Of a stretch of DNA of 64,000 nt, positions 39,068 to 49,827 are shown in pieces. The notes under the pieces were generated by a model. That model did not search any database and was not told where the DNA came from. It saw nothing but the letters and a program-made list of their open reading frames with translations. How positions within the stretch are numbered: position 1 is the stretch's first letter; each line of letters begins with the position of its first letter. The translations under genes and the position numbers were made by a program. Origin of the DNA: Candidatus Poribacteria bacterium (GTDB lineage: Bacteria; Poribacteria; WGA-4E; WGA-3G); NCBI GenBank assembly GCA_965242965.1, contig OZ251518.1, positions 3,456,001 to 3,520,000 of the forward strand. Direction: 5' to 3'.

Positions 39068-39658
39068 GTGGAAAGAACTGAGGCATTGCTCATCGCCGAA
39101 CTCTGTGAAGGGGACGAGACCGCGTTTACCGTCCTTGTGGAGAAGTATCAGCATACGGTGTATCGCCTTGCGATGCAGATTACACAAAACCACGCTGATG
39201 CCGACGATGTCATGCAAGAAACCTTCATCAAAGCCTACCGGTCCATCCACACGTTTCGGCAGAATGCCGCCTTTGAGACGTGGTTGTATCGCATCGCCGT
39301 GAACGAGGCACTCAATTTCGTCAAACGGCGGGACCGGCGGCGCGAATACGCGTTTGATGCCTCGGCGGAAGCCACGATGGATGCTGTCGCACGGTATAGA
39401 GCTGAAGAAGCGTCCGACCCGCATCTCCAAGCAGAGAAATCCGAGTTGCGGCACTGGGTCACCGAGGCTGTCAACAGTCTATCGCTGAAACACCGGACCG
39501 TCGTGCATCTCCATGAATTTGAAGGATTAACGCACGCCGAGATAGCCGCAATCCTCAACTGCTCCGAAGGAACAGTCCGGTCGCGCTTGCACTACGCCCG
39601 GAAAAAACTCAGGACTTTGCTTAAACCGTATATCGATGCCAGCACAGAACCCGAGTAA
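39068..39658 (+). CDS. ECF sigma factor
   Basis: DADDVMQETFIKAY, FETWLYRIAVN, EIAAILNCSEGTVRSRLHYAR. Confidence 0.95.
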   Translation: MERTEALLIAELCEGDETAFTVLVEKYQHTVYRLAMQITQNHADADDVMQETFIKAYRSIHTFRQNAAFETWLYRIAVNEALNFVKRRDRRREYAFDASAEATMDAVARYRAEEASDPHLQAEKSELRHWVTEAVNSLSLKHRTVVHLHEFEGLTHAEIAAILNCSEGTVRSRLHYARKKLRTLLKPYIDASTEPE

Positions 39659-39669
39659 TACCGATTCAT

Positions 39670-39970
39670 TACCGTAACGCGGGGGCCTGTCCCCCGCGAG
39701 GCTGATTTCTCAAATCAACCGGTGAACGCGACTGGCTGTTCGTCACCGTAGCGCGGGGGCCTGTCCCCCGCGAACGTTCGCGGGCCCCAGAGCTCGGCGA
39801 GGGACAGGCCCTCGCCCTACGATAACCGAGCACGTTGTCTTCACCGTAGCGCGGGGGCCTGTCCCCCGCGAGCGTTCGCGGGCCCCAGAGCTCGGCGAGG
39901 GACAGGCCCTCGCCCTACGATAACCGAGCACGTTGTCTTCACCGTAGCGCGGGGGCCTGTCCCCCGCGAC
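39670..39970. repeat. REP doublet array with a tandem duplication
   Basis: A ~118-bp unit (REP, spacer, inverted REP) is repeated. Confidence 0.85.
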
Positions 39971-39999
39971 TGGTTTCTAAAATCAAAAGGGAACGTAAC

Positions 40000-40947
40000 A
40001 TGTTGATAACAAAATGTTACACCGTCCAACACCAGTTATCTGATTACCTTGATGACACTCTTTCCGCACGGCAGAAGACTGCAGTTGCGGCGCATCTCCG
40101 CGCCTGTCAGCACTGCCGAAACGAGATGAAGGCGTTAAAGAAAACCAGCGAGCTCGTCGGGAGTTTCTACGTTACGCCCAAGGCATCCGAAGCCTATCAC
40201 GCGCGGTTTGCCGCTCGACTCCATGAACGGATGGAGCAGACACCGCGGAACGGTTTGCATCACCACATCGCCGCCGCTGTCTCCCGCTTGGGTTGGCAGC
40301 TGCAGACATACGCGCGCCGGTGCTTGCCCAGTGCCAAAAGTCTGTCTGGCTTCCCCGGCATTCCCTCGCGAGTGCTGCCTGTCTATGTGTTGTTGCTAGC
40401 GATGTCGGCGTTAGGGATTGCGACACTCCTCCTTCATGAGGACGCGCCGCTTCCCCCTGTAGCACGCGTGGAACAACAAGATACCGGGCGCGGCTCTAGT
40501 GCCGAGAAAGACGCGCTGCCGCAGATGCCCGTTGGCGAAAAGCGCGCGCTCTCTGTCGGGACATACACCGCGCGCGAGACATCCACCGGAACGCCCAACG
40601 AACCGTCGGTGACACCGAAGCCTCTTGGACATCGGCATCGGCAGGTGTCCGCCGCCCCGGTTGCCGCGGGCAGCACAAGAACGCAGCCAGCCGCACCGCG
40701 GGGAGAAACGTTCTTGCAGCAGGACGCTTTGCACCAAGACGAAAAACTGCCCACGCGCGGGATGCTCTTGACAGACACTGCCTATGGCCTCTTGTTAGTG
40801 CAAGGGCTCTTCGGCACAGCCGACGAGGGATGGAAACCTTATCAACCTAAATGGCGCGGGACACCGACAGGTTTCGGAAGGAAACTGAGGGACGTGCCGT
40901 TAGAAACACGAACTATTCGTGAAGTTTACGATGCAATTAAGTTGTAA
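40000..40947 (+). CDS. Zinc-finger (zf-HC2) membrane anti-sigma factor
   Basis: LSDYLDDTL...HLRACQHC followed by a TM helix, directly downstream of the ECF sigma. Confidence 0.85.
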   Translation: MLITKCYTVQHQLSDYLDDTLSARQKTAVAAHLRACQHCRNEMKALKKTSELVGSFYVTPKASEAYHARFAARLHERMEQTPRNGLHHHIAAAVSRLGWQLQTYARRCLPSAKSLSGFPGIPSRVLPVYVLLLAMSALGIATLLLHEDAPLPPVARVEQQDTGRGSSAEKDALPQMPVGEKRALSVGTYTARETSTGTPNEPSVTPKPLGHRHRQVSAAPVAAGSTRTQPAAPRGETFLQQDALHQDEKLPTRGMLLTDTAYGLLLVQGLFGTADEGWKPYQPKWRGTPTGFGRKLRDVPLETRTIREVYDAIKL

Positions 40948-41038
40948 ATGTCACCGTTCATTTCCGAACGGTGATGCCTATAGGAAAAGTGCCTGCGTTG
41001 CAACGCTTCTGCGGGCCATCTAGAAAAGGAGAAACTAA

Positions 41039-44000
41039 ATGAACCCAAGAATTTTGGGCATTATCGGCGGCTTGGCACTCCTCGTCGCCCTCTTATCGCC
41101 CTTCATGATGGGCAGCTCCAAGAAAGTGGAGCAACTCTTCAATTCCGCCGAAGACCTTTATGGACAAGCGGACTATGAAGGCGCGATTGCCAAATACAAC
41201 GAAGCACTTGAAGAATCCACCAAGCGCGGCGTCAAGACAGAAGTCATCGACAAAGACTTCCCCACGCTCGCGAACTTCAAGATTGCCGTCAGCTACTCGC
41301 AACTCGCCGAACAATCCGGCGATGTCAACCACTACGACACCGCGATAGCCTACATTGAGAAAGTCGCACCAACCGCCACCATCCCCAAGCACCAAGAAGG
41401 CTTAACCTACTTGTGGGGACAGATTCTCTATCGCACCGAACAGTTCGAGCTCGCCGAACCCAAGTTCATGCAGCTCATCGAGAACTTCCCGAACTCCCTG
41501 TTCGTCGAGAACGCGTGGTATGCCATCGGGCAGCTCAACTACAAGCTCCAAAACTACGAGGACTCCCGGAACGCCTTCAAATCCGTGTTGGACGGATTCC
41601 CCAACTCCGATTTCAAAGACGATTCCCAGCACCTCATCGCGCAATCCTTCCTGAACGAGTCAAACTACGAACAGGCTTATCAGGAATTTGACAAAATTGC
41701 CACCGAAGAATTCAAAAACTACCCGGACTTGCAAGCCGAAGCGATGTATAAAGCCGCCTACAGTCTCAACCAACTCGGACGAGACGACGAGGCGATTAGC
41801 CGTTATACCAACTTCATCACGCAGTTCCCGGAGAGCCAGTACGTCACCGCCGCCTACTTCGACCAGGGTGCCATTTACGCCCGGCAGAAGGATTATGATA
41901 ACGCGCGCGTCAACTACGAACTCGCCCTCCAGAACACCGCGGACCGGGTGCTCCAAGCAGAAATTCAATCCGCCATCGGGCGAACCTACTATGACCAGGG
42001 TGACTACGAGAACGCAATCACCTCCTATACCACCCTGTTAGAAGAATACCCCGAGAGCGACTTCATCGCCGAGGCAAAACTCGGCATCGCCGATAGTCAC
42101 TTCCGGCTGCAACGCTGGAACGAAGCAACCGTCGCCTACGAGCGCGTCATCAACGAGCACGAAGAGGAAACCGACTTCATTCCTTACAGCTCCTATCAGA
42201 TTGGCGAGGCTTACTACAAACTGGGCACCGTGCAACGGGAGTCGGCTCAGGATGAAGAAAGCCGAGAACAAGCAATGACAACGCTTGAGCTCGCGCTCAC
42301 CTGGTATCAGAAGACAATAGACGACTTCCCGCAAGATGCCGTCGCACCTCACGCGCTTTACGGCGCAATCTGGGCCCTAAACGACTTAGGGCGCAAAGAA
42401 GAGTTAGAGACAGTCGCCCGCGAGTTTATCGACAAAAACAGAAACGACAACGAGTTCGATATCCTCGCCGCCGAAGTCCAACTCCGCTTTGCCGACATCA
42501 AACGGCAGGAATTCAAACAATATGTCGAAGCCGCCCAAGAATACGCAAAGCTGTGGGACTACCGTCCATTACCCAAGTTCCACCTCGTCAAGCTCATGGG
42601 CAAATTCTTTGAAGGCCGCTCCTACTACGAAGCCGCCAAACCCGATGGCTATCAGGAAGGCGACACCGACGCGACGTTCAACAACGAATACCTCCAGAAC
42701 TCCGTCGCCGCCTATCAAGATGCCATCGGCATGTTCAACGACGAAGCATTCCTCCCCGGTGTCGCCGAAGAACGTTACGACGACTTCTCCGAACGCGTCG
42801 CCCAAGTCGAAGCATGCGTCATGAACGAAGCACTCTCACACGAGATGCTCGGTGACTGGGAACAGGCACGCAACCGCTACGCCGCAATTCCCGAAACCAG
42901 CGAGTATTACGAACGCGCCCTACTTCTCGTCGCCAATAGCTACGTCAAACAAGGCGACAAAGAAGGCGCGATTGACTACTACAACAGCATCCTTGCCAAA
43001 CTCGCCGATGCTGACAACCGTTCGTTGGCAGAGATTAAACTCGCCGACTTACTGCGCGCCGAGAAACGCTTCGCCGAAGCCGCTGTTCAATATCAGGCCG
43101 TCGTCGACGGCAATCCGTCCGGTGAATACGCCGACGACGCGCTCTACCTCGTCGGGCTCTGCTACTACCACGCCAGTGCCGACGATGCCACGCTTATCCC
43201 GCAATCCGAAGCCGCGTTCCAACGCGTCATCGCCGATTATGCCGATAGCCCCAACGCCGTAGAAGCATATTACGGCTTGGCTCTCGCCTATCGCGATGCC
43301 GCCCAAAAGCACGGCGATACCGAGAAGTGGCCCCTCGTCCTCCAAATCGCTGACGAAGCAAACGATAAGTATGCCAGCAGCGAAGAAGAACTGGTGCTAC
43401 GGACGCTGGGACATATTGAATTAGTGAAAGCCACCGCGATTGAGAATACCAGCGAAGATGTCGATATCGATGTCCTCGCAGCCTCCCTCAAGCGCATAGT
43501 TAACAACACCGGCGCACCCGCAGATGCACGCAGCCGTTCGCAGTTGAAACTCGGGCACACCTACTACGGCGCGAAGCGTTACGAAGAAGCACTCGCCGAG
43601 TATCTCCTCTTCGTTGAGATGTTCCCGAGCAACGAACTCGCACCGAACGCGCAGTATCAAGCCGCCGTCTGTCACTACCAAATCGCGCAAGCCGCCGGCG
43701 ACAAAGGCACGAAGGACCTGGCACTCCAGAACGCCGTCACTGCCGCCCAAAAAGTCGCAACTCTCACCGATGATGCCGACAACCGCATCAGTGCGAGTTA
43801 CACCGAAGGCTTGGCGAAATTTGGATTAGATGACGAAGCTGGCGCGGCCGCCGCTTTCAAACAGGTGACTGCATTAGAGGGACAGACAGAAGATGAAAAT
43901 CGCAAGACGCTCATCTTCCAAGCCCATTCCCGACTCGCTGAACTCAACGGAAACCTCGGGGACCACGCCGCCGCCGTCCAGGAATATCAATACATCATTG

Positions 44001-45754
44001 AGAATACCGAGGACGCCGACTTGAAAGGCCGCTCCTACTTCGCCATGGCGTTCGCGCAAGACGAGCAGTTGAAGGCGTATCCTGAAGCATTAATGGGTTA
44101 CCAAAACGCCATTCAGTTGGTAGAAGATAACCTAGTCCAAGCGCAGGCATACTATCGGATGGGGCTTATCTATCAAGACAAACTCCGACAGCCGGAGAAA
44201 GCCTTGGAGACATTCCAGACGCTCATTAGCGACTATAGCGGTTCCGAGAACGCCAGCATCGCCTCCATGGTATCCGATGCCGGCATCCGCCGTTCCTCGC
44301 TCTACGTCGAACTCGGCAGGCTCAACGAAGCAATTGCCGAAGCAGAAGAATCACTGGAACGGACGAAAGCCAATCCGACAGCATCCATGTCAGAAAAATG
44401 CGCCGCGCAATATAACCTCGGCTTCCTCTATTCTGACCAGGCGCGCTCCCTCTTCTCGAACGAAGCAGGCACTGAGTTGCAACCTTACATCGATGCAAGC
44501 CGCGCCGCCGGCACCGCCTTCTTTGAGGTGAACACACTCGCCATGCCCGTTGAAGAAGCCGCCAAAGACGCTGTCAAGAGTCAGACCGTCATTCCTTACG
44601 TCCAGAATTCACTCTTCCAAGCCGGACAGATTTACTACTCTGTCGGTATCGGAGTCAAACTGGACCAGGATTTGAGAAGCTGCCTCGCGCCGCTCACCAC
44701 GTTTGTGGATTACGTCGATAAGGGACTCTTCCCCGCATCCGGAGACTTGCGGAAAAACACCGAAACGGCACTCAACTACCTCGCCTCCGCCAACTTTGAA
44801 CTCGGCCGGATGCAGGTAGGCATGGACGGAGAAATGTCCGAAAAAGCCGTCAGCTACTTTGACGATGCCGCCGATGTCTTCCGCGCGCTAGCGAAACGCT
44901 ATCCGAATGCCAATGATGCCGCCTACTGGCAATACCAGGTCGGCGAGTCCTACTACGCTTCGCAGCAATTCGAGCGCGCCATCGGCGAATACGAAAAGGT
45001 CCGCGGTGTCAACAGCGAACACAAATCCGCCGCCGAATCGTTATACGCCATCTCAACCTGTAGCCAGCTCCTCTCCGAAGCCGCCGAAAAAGCCGGCGAC
45101 GAAGAAGCCAAGCAACGCTGGTATGACAGACTGTTCGCCGCCAACGAAGCACTCGCCGCGGAATACCCGAACAGCGTCTATACCGCCGATGCACTCATCA
45201 ATATCGGCAATAAATACTATAACGCCGGCTCCGAGGCTGACTTGGAGCAGACAGAGCGCATTCGGCTCTACCAGATGGCAATCCAGCATTATCAACGCGC
45301 CATTGATACGCCCGGCATCAGTAACGACTCCAAAGTCACAGCGCGCGGCTATCTCACCGATACCGCCAGCGCGCTCGCCTATTACGAGTATGATACTGCC
45401 ACGGCGCAATTTGACGCCGCGAAGGTAACGCAAAACGCGGACGACAAGAAGACCGCGATTGAAGCCGTTATCGCCGAGTTTGACAAAATCATCGCCGCGT
45501 ATCCGATGACGAAATACGCGGATCTCGCACTCGTTCAGATAGGCGAAGCATACATGGTGCTCGCCGATAAGGACGATGCCTATTACAATAACGCTCTGGA
45601 TTACTTCAACCGGCTCTGGGCGAAATACGAGACGACACCGCCTGTCGACACCAAGGTGGCTCAGGCACTCGACTACGCCATCCGCCAAATTCAGGGAATC
45701 CAGAACTACATGAAGAGCGAGAACATCCAGATTCAGGATGTCGGCGGCGGATAA
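41039..45754 (+). CDS. Giant (1571 aa) membrane-anchored TPR protein, BamD/YbgF-like repeats
   Basis: N-terminal hydrophobic anchor and many (F/Y)PxS-type TPR units. RBS AGGAG. Confidence 0.9.
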   Translation: MNPRILGIIGGLALLVALLSPFMMGSSKKVEQLFNSAEDLYGQADYEGAIAKYNEALEESTKRGVKTEVIDKDFPTLANFKIAVSYSQLAEQSGDVNHYDTAIAYIEKVAPTATIPKHQEGLTYLWGQILYRTEQFELAEPKFMQLIENFPNSLFVENAWYAIGQLNYKLQNYEDSRNAFKSVLDGFPNSDFKDDSQHLIAQSFLNESNYEQAYQEFDKIATEEFKNYPDLQAEAMYKAAYSLNQLGRDDEAISRYTNFITQFPESQYVTAAYFDQGAIYARQKDYDNARVNYELALQNTADRVLQAEIQSAIGRTYYDQGDYENAITSYTTLLEEYPESDFIAEAKLGIADSHFRLQRWNEATVAYERVINEHEEETDFIPYSSYQIGEAYYKLGTVQRESAQDEESREQAMTTLELALTWYQKTIDDFPQDAVAPHALYGAIWALNDLGRKEELETVAREFIDKNRNDNEFDILAAEVQLRFADIKRQEFKQYVEAAQEYAKLWDYRPLPKFHLVKLMGKFFEGRSYYEAAKPDGYQEGDTDATFNNEYLQNSVAAYQDAIGMFNDEAFLPGVAEERYDDFSERVAQVEACVMNEALSHEMLGDWEQARNRYAAIPETSEYYERALLLVANSYVKQGDKEGAIDYYNSILAKLADADNRSLAEIKLADLLRAEKRFAEAAVQYQAVVDGNPSGEYADDALYLVGLCYYHASADDATLIPQSEAAFQRVIADYADSPNAVEAYYGLALAYRDAAQKHGDTEKWPLVLQIADEANDKYASSEEELVLRTLGHIELVKATAIENTSEDVDIDVLAASLKRIVNNTGAPADARSRSQLKLGHTYYGAKRYEEALAEYLLFVEMFPSNELAPNAQYQAAVCHYQIAQAAGDKGTKDLALQNAVTAAQKVATLTDDADNRISASYTEGLAKFGLDDEAGAAAAFKQVTALEGQTEDENRKTLIFQAHSRLAELNGNLGDHAAAVQEYQYIIENTEDADLKGRSYFAMAFAQDEQLKAYPEALMGYQNAIQLVEDNLVQAQAYYRMGLIYQDKLRQPEKALETFQTLISDYSGSENASIASMVSDAGIRRSSLYVELGRLNEAIAEAEESLERTKANPTASMSEKCAAQYNLGFLYSDQARSLFSNEAGTELQPYIDASRAAGTAFFEVNTLAMPVEEAAKDAVKSQTVIPYVQNSLFQAGQIYYSVGIGVKLDQDLRSCLAPLTTFVDYVDKGLFPASGDLRKNTETALNYLASANFELGRMQVGMDGEMSEKAVSYFDDAADVFRALAKRYPNANDAAYWQYQVGESYYASQQFERAIGEYEKVRGVNSEHKSAAESLYAISTCSQLLSEAAEKAGDEEAKQRWYDRLFAANEALAAEYPNSVYTADALINIGNKYYNAGSEADLEQTERIRLYQMAIQHYQRAIDTPGISNDSKVTARGYLTDTASALAYYEYDTATAQFDAAKVTQNADDKKTAIEAVIAEFDKIIAAYPMTKYADLALVQIGEAYMVLADKDDAYYNNALDYFNRLWAKYETTPPVDTKVAQALDYAIRQIQGIQNYMKSENIQIQDVGGG

Positions 45755-45761
45755 TTTTGTC

Positions 45762-46018
45762 CTGGCGCAAAGCGTTCGGTTAGGTGGGTTGGCGCATGAA
45801 CGCCTCTCTACGTAGATCCGCAATCGACGTTGTCGATTGCTTGTGGTCTGGTGCTAATTCTTGTTATCAAGAGTCGCATCGAAAACATAGGTAGCGTGCT
45901 TACGCGGCGCGACGCACGCACGTCTTCTGTCGGCGTAACGATTGACAACGTCAATGACGGCTTACGTAGAACGATGTTCATGCACCAACCCACCTAACCG
46001 AACGCCTTGCGAACAACG
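45762..46018. mobile_element. Complete family D MITE-like element
   Basis: Long terminal inverted repeats GCGTTCGGTTAGGTGGGTTGG(C/T)GCATGAAC...GTTCATGCACCAACCCACCTAACCGAACGC. Confidence 0.85.
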
Positions 46019-46071
46019 AAAAAACAGGGCGGATATATCCATATCCGCCCATGCCTACTCGCATTTCAATA

Positions 46072-46377
46072 TCTTGCAAATCCGGAGCAGGATTATCACG
46101 ATTATCACGATTTACTAGGATTAGGAGCAGGATTATCACGATTTCCAGGATTTCACAGGATTAGGTCGCTGAGGCACCGGACACCGTTTCGGTGCATCAG
46201 AACCTATAATCTTGCTAATCTTGCCAAATCTTGTAAATCCGGCTCAATCTTGTAAATCCGGCTCAATCTTGCCAATCCGGCTCAATCTTGAAAATCTTGT
46301 AAAGCCTGCTCATCTCTTGCGAAATCGTGATAATCTTGTAAATCCTGCTTCAAATCCTGCTTCAAATCCTGCTCCTA
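46072..46377. repeat. Family C fold-back
   Basis: GGAGCAGGATTATCACGATT arm, a core hairpin, and a long AATCTTG/AATCCTGCT arm. Confidence 0.9.
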
Positions 46378-46382
46378 AAAAT

Positions 46383-47579
46383 ATGAAACCTATTACCAAC
46401 TCCCGTGAATTAACAGTCCCCACGCGCATCCTCCTCGGCCCCGGACCCAGCGAAGCCAACGCGCGCGTCCTCAAAGCCATGACAACCCCCATGCTCGGCT
46501 ATTTAGACACCGCCTTTGTTCACGTCATGGACGACACCGTCGCACTCCTCCGACAAGTCTTCGGCACAAACAACCCGCTGACGTTCCCCATCTCCGGCAC
46601 CGGCACCGCCGGCATGGAAGCCGCCCTCGTCAACGTCATCGAACCCGGTGACGCTGTCGTCGTCGGAGTCAACGGCTACTTCGGCGGCAGGATAGCCGAC
46701 ATCGCCGCCCGCTGCGGCGGTGACGTGACAACTGTTGAAGCCGAATGGGGCACGCATATCCCTGCCGAACGCATCGCCGATGCCGTGACGAAAACGCACC
46801 CCAAACTCGTCGCCCTCGTTCACGGCGAGACATCGACAGGCATACTCCAACCCCTAGACGAAGTCATCGCCATCGCGCATCAACACGACGCGCTCTTCCT
46901 CGCAGACTGCGTCACCTCCCTCGGCGGACAGCCTGTCGACGTAGATGCCCGCCGCATTGATATCGCCTATAGCTGCACCCAGAAATGCCTCGCCGGGCCC
47001 CCTGGCTTATCCCCCATCACCTTCAGCGAACGCGCCCTTAACGTCATTCGACAGCGCAAAGCACCCGTTCAAAGTTTCTACCTCGACATAACGCTCCTTG
47101 AGCAATACTGGTTTGGAACGCCCCATGCACCCCAGCGCGCATATCATCACACCGTCTCAATGTCCCTCATCTATGCCCTCCGAGAAGCACTCCGCGTCGT
47201 CATGGAAGAAGGATTAACCGCGCGCTATCGCCGACACGAACTGCACGCGCAGGCACTCCTCGCCGGCGCGAAAGCCATCGGACTCGCACCCGCAGCCGAA
47301 GAAGGCTATCGCGCACCCATGCTGACGACACTTCGTATCCCTGATGGCTGTGACGATGTCACCATTCGGAAAGGGCTCTTAGAAGAAGATGGCATTGAAA
47401 TCGGTGGAGGATTAGGCATCTTTGCCGGGAAGGCGTGGCGCATCGGCCTCATGGGCGAATCGTCCAACGAACGGAACGTCATGCTCGTGCTCAACGCGCT
47501 AGAAAAACGGCTGCGCGCTGCGGGACAAGCTATTACCCCCGGTACCGCCGTGCAAGCCGCCGCGCAGGTGTATCAATGA
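46383..47579 (+). CDS. Alanine-glyoxylate/serine-pyruvate aminotransferase (class V)
   Basis: LLGPGPS, SGTGTAGME, HGETSTG, DCVTSLGG, CTQKCL, WRIGLMG. Confidence 0.93.
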   Translation: MKPITNSRELTVPTRILLGPGPSEANARVLKAMTTPMLGYLDTAFVHVMDDTVALLRQVFGTNNPLTFPISGTGTAGMEAALVNVIEPGDAVVVGVNGYFGGRIADIAARCGGDVTTVEAEWGTHIPAERIADAVTKTHPKLVALVHGETSTGILQPLDEVIAIAHQHDALFLADCVTSLGGQPVDVDARRIDIAYSCTQKCLAGPPGLSPITFSERALNVIRQRKAPVQSFYLDITLLEQYWFGTPHAPQRAYHHTVSMSLIYALREALRVVMEEGLTARYRRHELHAQALLAGAKAIGLAPAAEEGYRAPMLTTLRIPDGCDDVTIRKGLLEEDGIEIGGGLGIFAGKAWRIGLMGESSNERNVMLVLNALEKRLRAAGQAITPGTAVQAAAQVYQ

Positions 47580-47588
47580 AGAAAAACG

Positions 47589-47749
47589 GAGCAGGATTTC
47601 CAAGATTATACAAGATTTACCAAGATTAGGTTTCTGGTGCGCCGGACACCCTTTTGGCAGGCCACGGGGTATTTGATGCACCAAGCCCTAATCGTGCGAA
47701 ATCGTGATAATCGTGCAAATCCTGCTCCTAATCGTGAGAATCCTGCTCC
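47589..47749. repeat. Family C fold-back
   Basis: Core TGGCAGGCCACGGGGTATTTGATGC is the reverse complement (1 mismatch) of the core at ~30422. Confidence 0.85.
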
Positions 47750-47764
47750 GGTGCGTCGCGGAGA

Positions 47765-47872
47765 TGACAAGAATTAGCACCAGACCACTAGCATGCAACA
47801 ACGGCGCATGCGGGTCTACGTAGAGAGACGTTCATGCGCCAACCCACCTAACCGAACGCCTTGCGCCAGTAC
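47765..47872. repeat. Family D half element
   Basis: CAAGAATTAGCACCAGACCAC...CCAACCCACCTAACCGAACGCCTTGCGCCAG. Confidence 0.8.
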
Positions 47873-47877
47873 GAAAA

Positions 47878-49494
47878 TTACTCCCATTCAATCGTGCTCG
47901 GAGGTTTGGAACTAATATCATAAACCACGCGGTTGATACCCTGCACCTCATTGATAAGCCGCGTCGAAACCCGCGCCAGCACCGCATCAGGAATCCGCGC
48001 CCAATCCGCTGTCATCGCATCGCTACTCGTGACAGCCCGGAGCGCAACCACGTTCTCATACGTCCGTTCGTCCCCCATCACGCCCACGCTCTTGATAGGA
48101 AGTAGCACCGCCAATGCCTGCCATATCGCATCGTAAAGACCGGCGGTTCGCAGTTCATCAATGAAAATCGCATCGGCAGCGCGGAGAACAGAAAGACGCG
48201 CCCGTGTCACCTCACCCAGAATCCGCACCGCCAGCCCGGGACCGGGAAACGGATGTCTACCCAGCACATGCGGCGGGACGTTCAGAGCCGCACCCAGCGC
48301 GCGCACCTCATCTTTAAACAGTTCCCGGAACGGTTCAATCAGTTCAAACGGCATATCCTCTGGCAAGCCACCGACATTGTGATGCGTCTTAATCGTCGCC
48401 GAGGGGCCCTTGACAGAGACGCTCTCAATCACATCCGGATAGAGCGTCCCTTGCGCCAGAAAATTGATGTTCGGCGTTCCGCCTGCATCCATTTCTAGAC
48501 GACTGACCACCTCCCGAAACGTCTCAATAAACCGCGCCCCAATCGCTTTCCTCTTCTCCTCCGGATGCACCACACCCGCCAGCGCGCCTAAAAACGCATC
48601 CGTCGCATCCTCAAAATGAATCGGAATCCCCAGTTCCTTGCAAGTAGCCAGCACCCCTTTCGCCTCGTTTTGACGCAGCAGCCCCGTGTCCACAAACACC
48701 GGCACCAGCGCATCCCCGATGGCCCGATGCAACAGCCTCGCCAGCACCATTGAATCGACACCGCCGCTGACTGCACACAAGACCCGTTCTCCCCGCACCT
48801 TCTCCCGCAACTCCCCTGTCACCCTCGCGATAAACGCCTCCATCGTCCACGTCGCTTGACAGCCACAGATATCGCGCACGAAATTGCCCAGAATCTTGTC
48901 AGCATCCTGCGTATGTTCAACTTCCGGGTGAAACTGAAGTCCGTAAAATCCCTTCTCTGGATGCACCATCGCCGCAATCGGTGAATTCAAAGTGTACGCA
49001 ATTCTCTTAAACCCCGTCGGGAGCGCGTCAATCCTGTCACCGTGACTCATCCATGCCGCAAACGTTGACGGTAAACCCGCGAATAATGCATCGGCGGTGA
49101 GATGCAGTTGCGCGTGCCCATATTCCCGTTCCGTCGCCGGATGCACCCTTCCGCCGTCCATGAGGTGCGCCATCAGTTGCATCCCATAGCATAAGCCGAG
49201 CACCGGGATGCCGAGCGTGAAGAGGGCTGGTTCAACTTTCGGCGCGTCGGGGGCATAGACACTCGCCGGTCCGCCGCTTAAAATGATGCCTTTCGGCGCG
49301 ATGGCTTTAATGCCAGCCAGCGGCAGCGTATACGGGTGGATGTCGCAGTAGACATGTTGCTCGCGGATGCGACGAGCAATCAACTGCGTATATTGTGAAC
49401 CGAAGTCCAGAATGAGGAGAGTATCGTGTTTTTTAGCGGCAGAGGTATCGTGCTTTTCGGATGCAACGCACGTAGTTTGTATGGGCGTGTTCAT
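47878..49494 (-). CDS. guaA: GMP synthase (glutamine-hydrolysing)
   Basis: [43 protein letters not shown]. Confidence 0.97.
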   Translation of the reverse strand: MNTPIQTTCVASEKHDTSAAKKHDTLLILDFGSQYTQLIARRIREQHVYCDIHPYTLPLAGIKAIAPKGIILSGGPASVYAPDAPKVEPALFTLGIPVLGLCYGMQLMAHLMDGGRVHPATEREYGHAQLHLTADALFAGLPSTFAAWMSHGDRIDALPTGFKRIAYTLNSPIAAMVHPEKGFYGLQFHPEVEHTQDADKILGNFVRDICGCQATWTMEAFIARVTGELREKVRGERVLCAVSGGVDSMVLARLLHRAIGDALVPVFVDTGLLRQNEAKGVLATCKELGIPIHFEDATDAFLGALAGVVHPEEKRKAIGARFIETFREVVSRLEMDAGGTPNINFLAQGTLYPDVIESVSVKGPSATIKTHHNVGGLPEDMPFELIEPFRELFKDEVRALGAALNVPPHVLGRHPFPGPGLAVRILGEVTRARLSVLRAADAIFIDELRTAGLYDAIWQALAVLLPIKSVGVMGDERTYENVVALRAVTSSDAMTADWARIPDAVLARVSTRLINEVQGINRVVYDISSKPPSTIEWE

Positions 49495-49542
49495 GTCGTC
49501 CTCAGTGTTGTCCTCGGTAAACATTGTCTCCCTCACGGGGTT

Positions 49543-49827
49543 TTAAAGGGATGGCACGTTGCTTTCTTGTGCTACGATGTCGCCTGTCTGCCGTTCAAAG
49601 ATAGTGCCGTAGTCTCCCGGCGGCGCGAACGTCTCATCGCTCAACATCGCCAGCCCGGTGTTTGCGTCCTCAACATACCAGTCGCCGCGATGCGGATGCC
49701 CCGGTGTGTCAATGCACCGGACATAATAACAGTGGTTATGGAATTGGACGGTGTTGCCGTTGACGACGATATACCTGTCGCCGAATAGGTTCAGGGCGAT
49801 CTGGTGGACAAGATAGGGGGTACTCAT
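49543..49827 (-). CDS. Small hypothetical protein
   Basis: 94-aa ORF whose ATG overlaps the upstream TGA. His/Cys-containing segment. Confidence 0.6.
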   Translation of the reverse strand: MSTPYLVHQIALNLFGDRYIVVNGNTVQFHNHCYYVRCIDTPGHPHRGDWYVEDANTGLAMLSDETFAPPGDYGTIFERQTGDIVAQESNVPSL

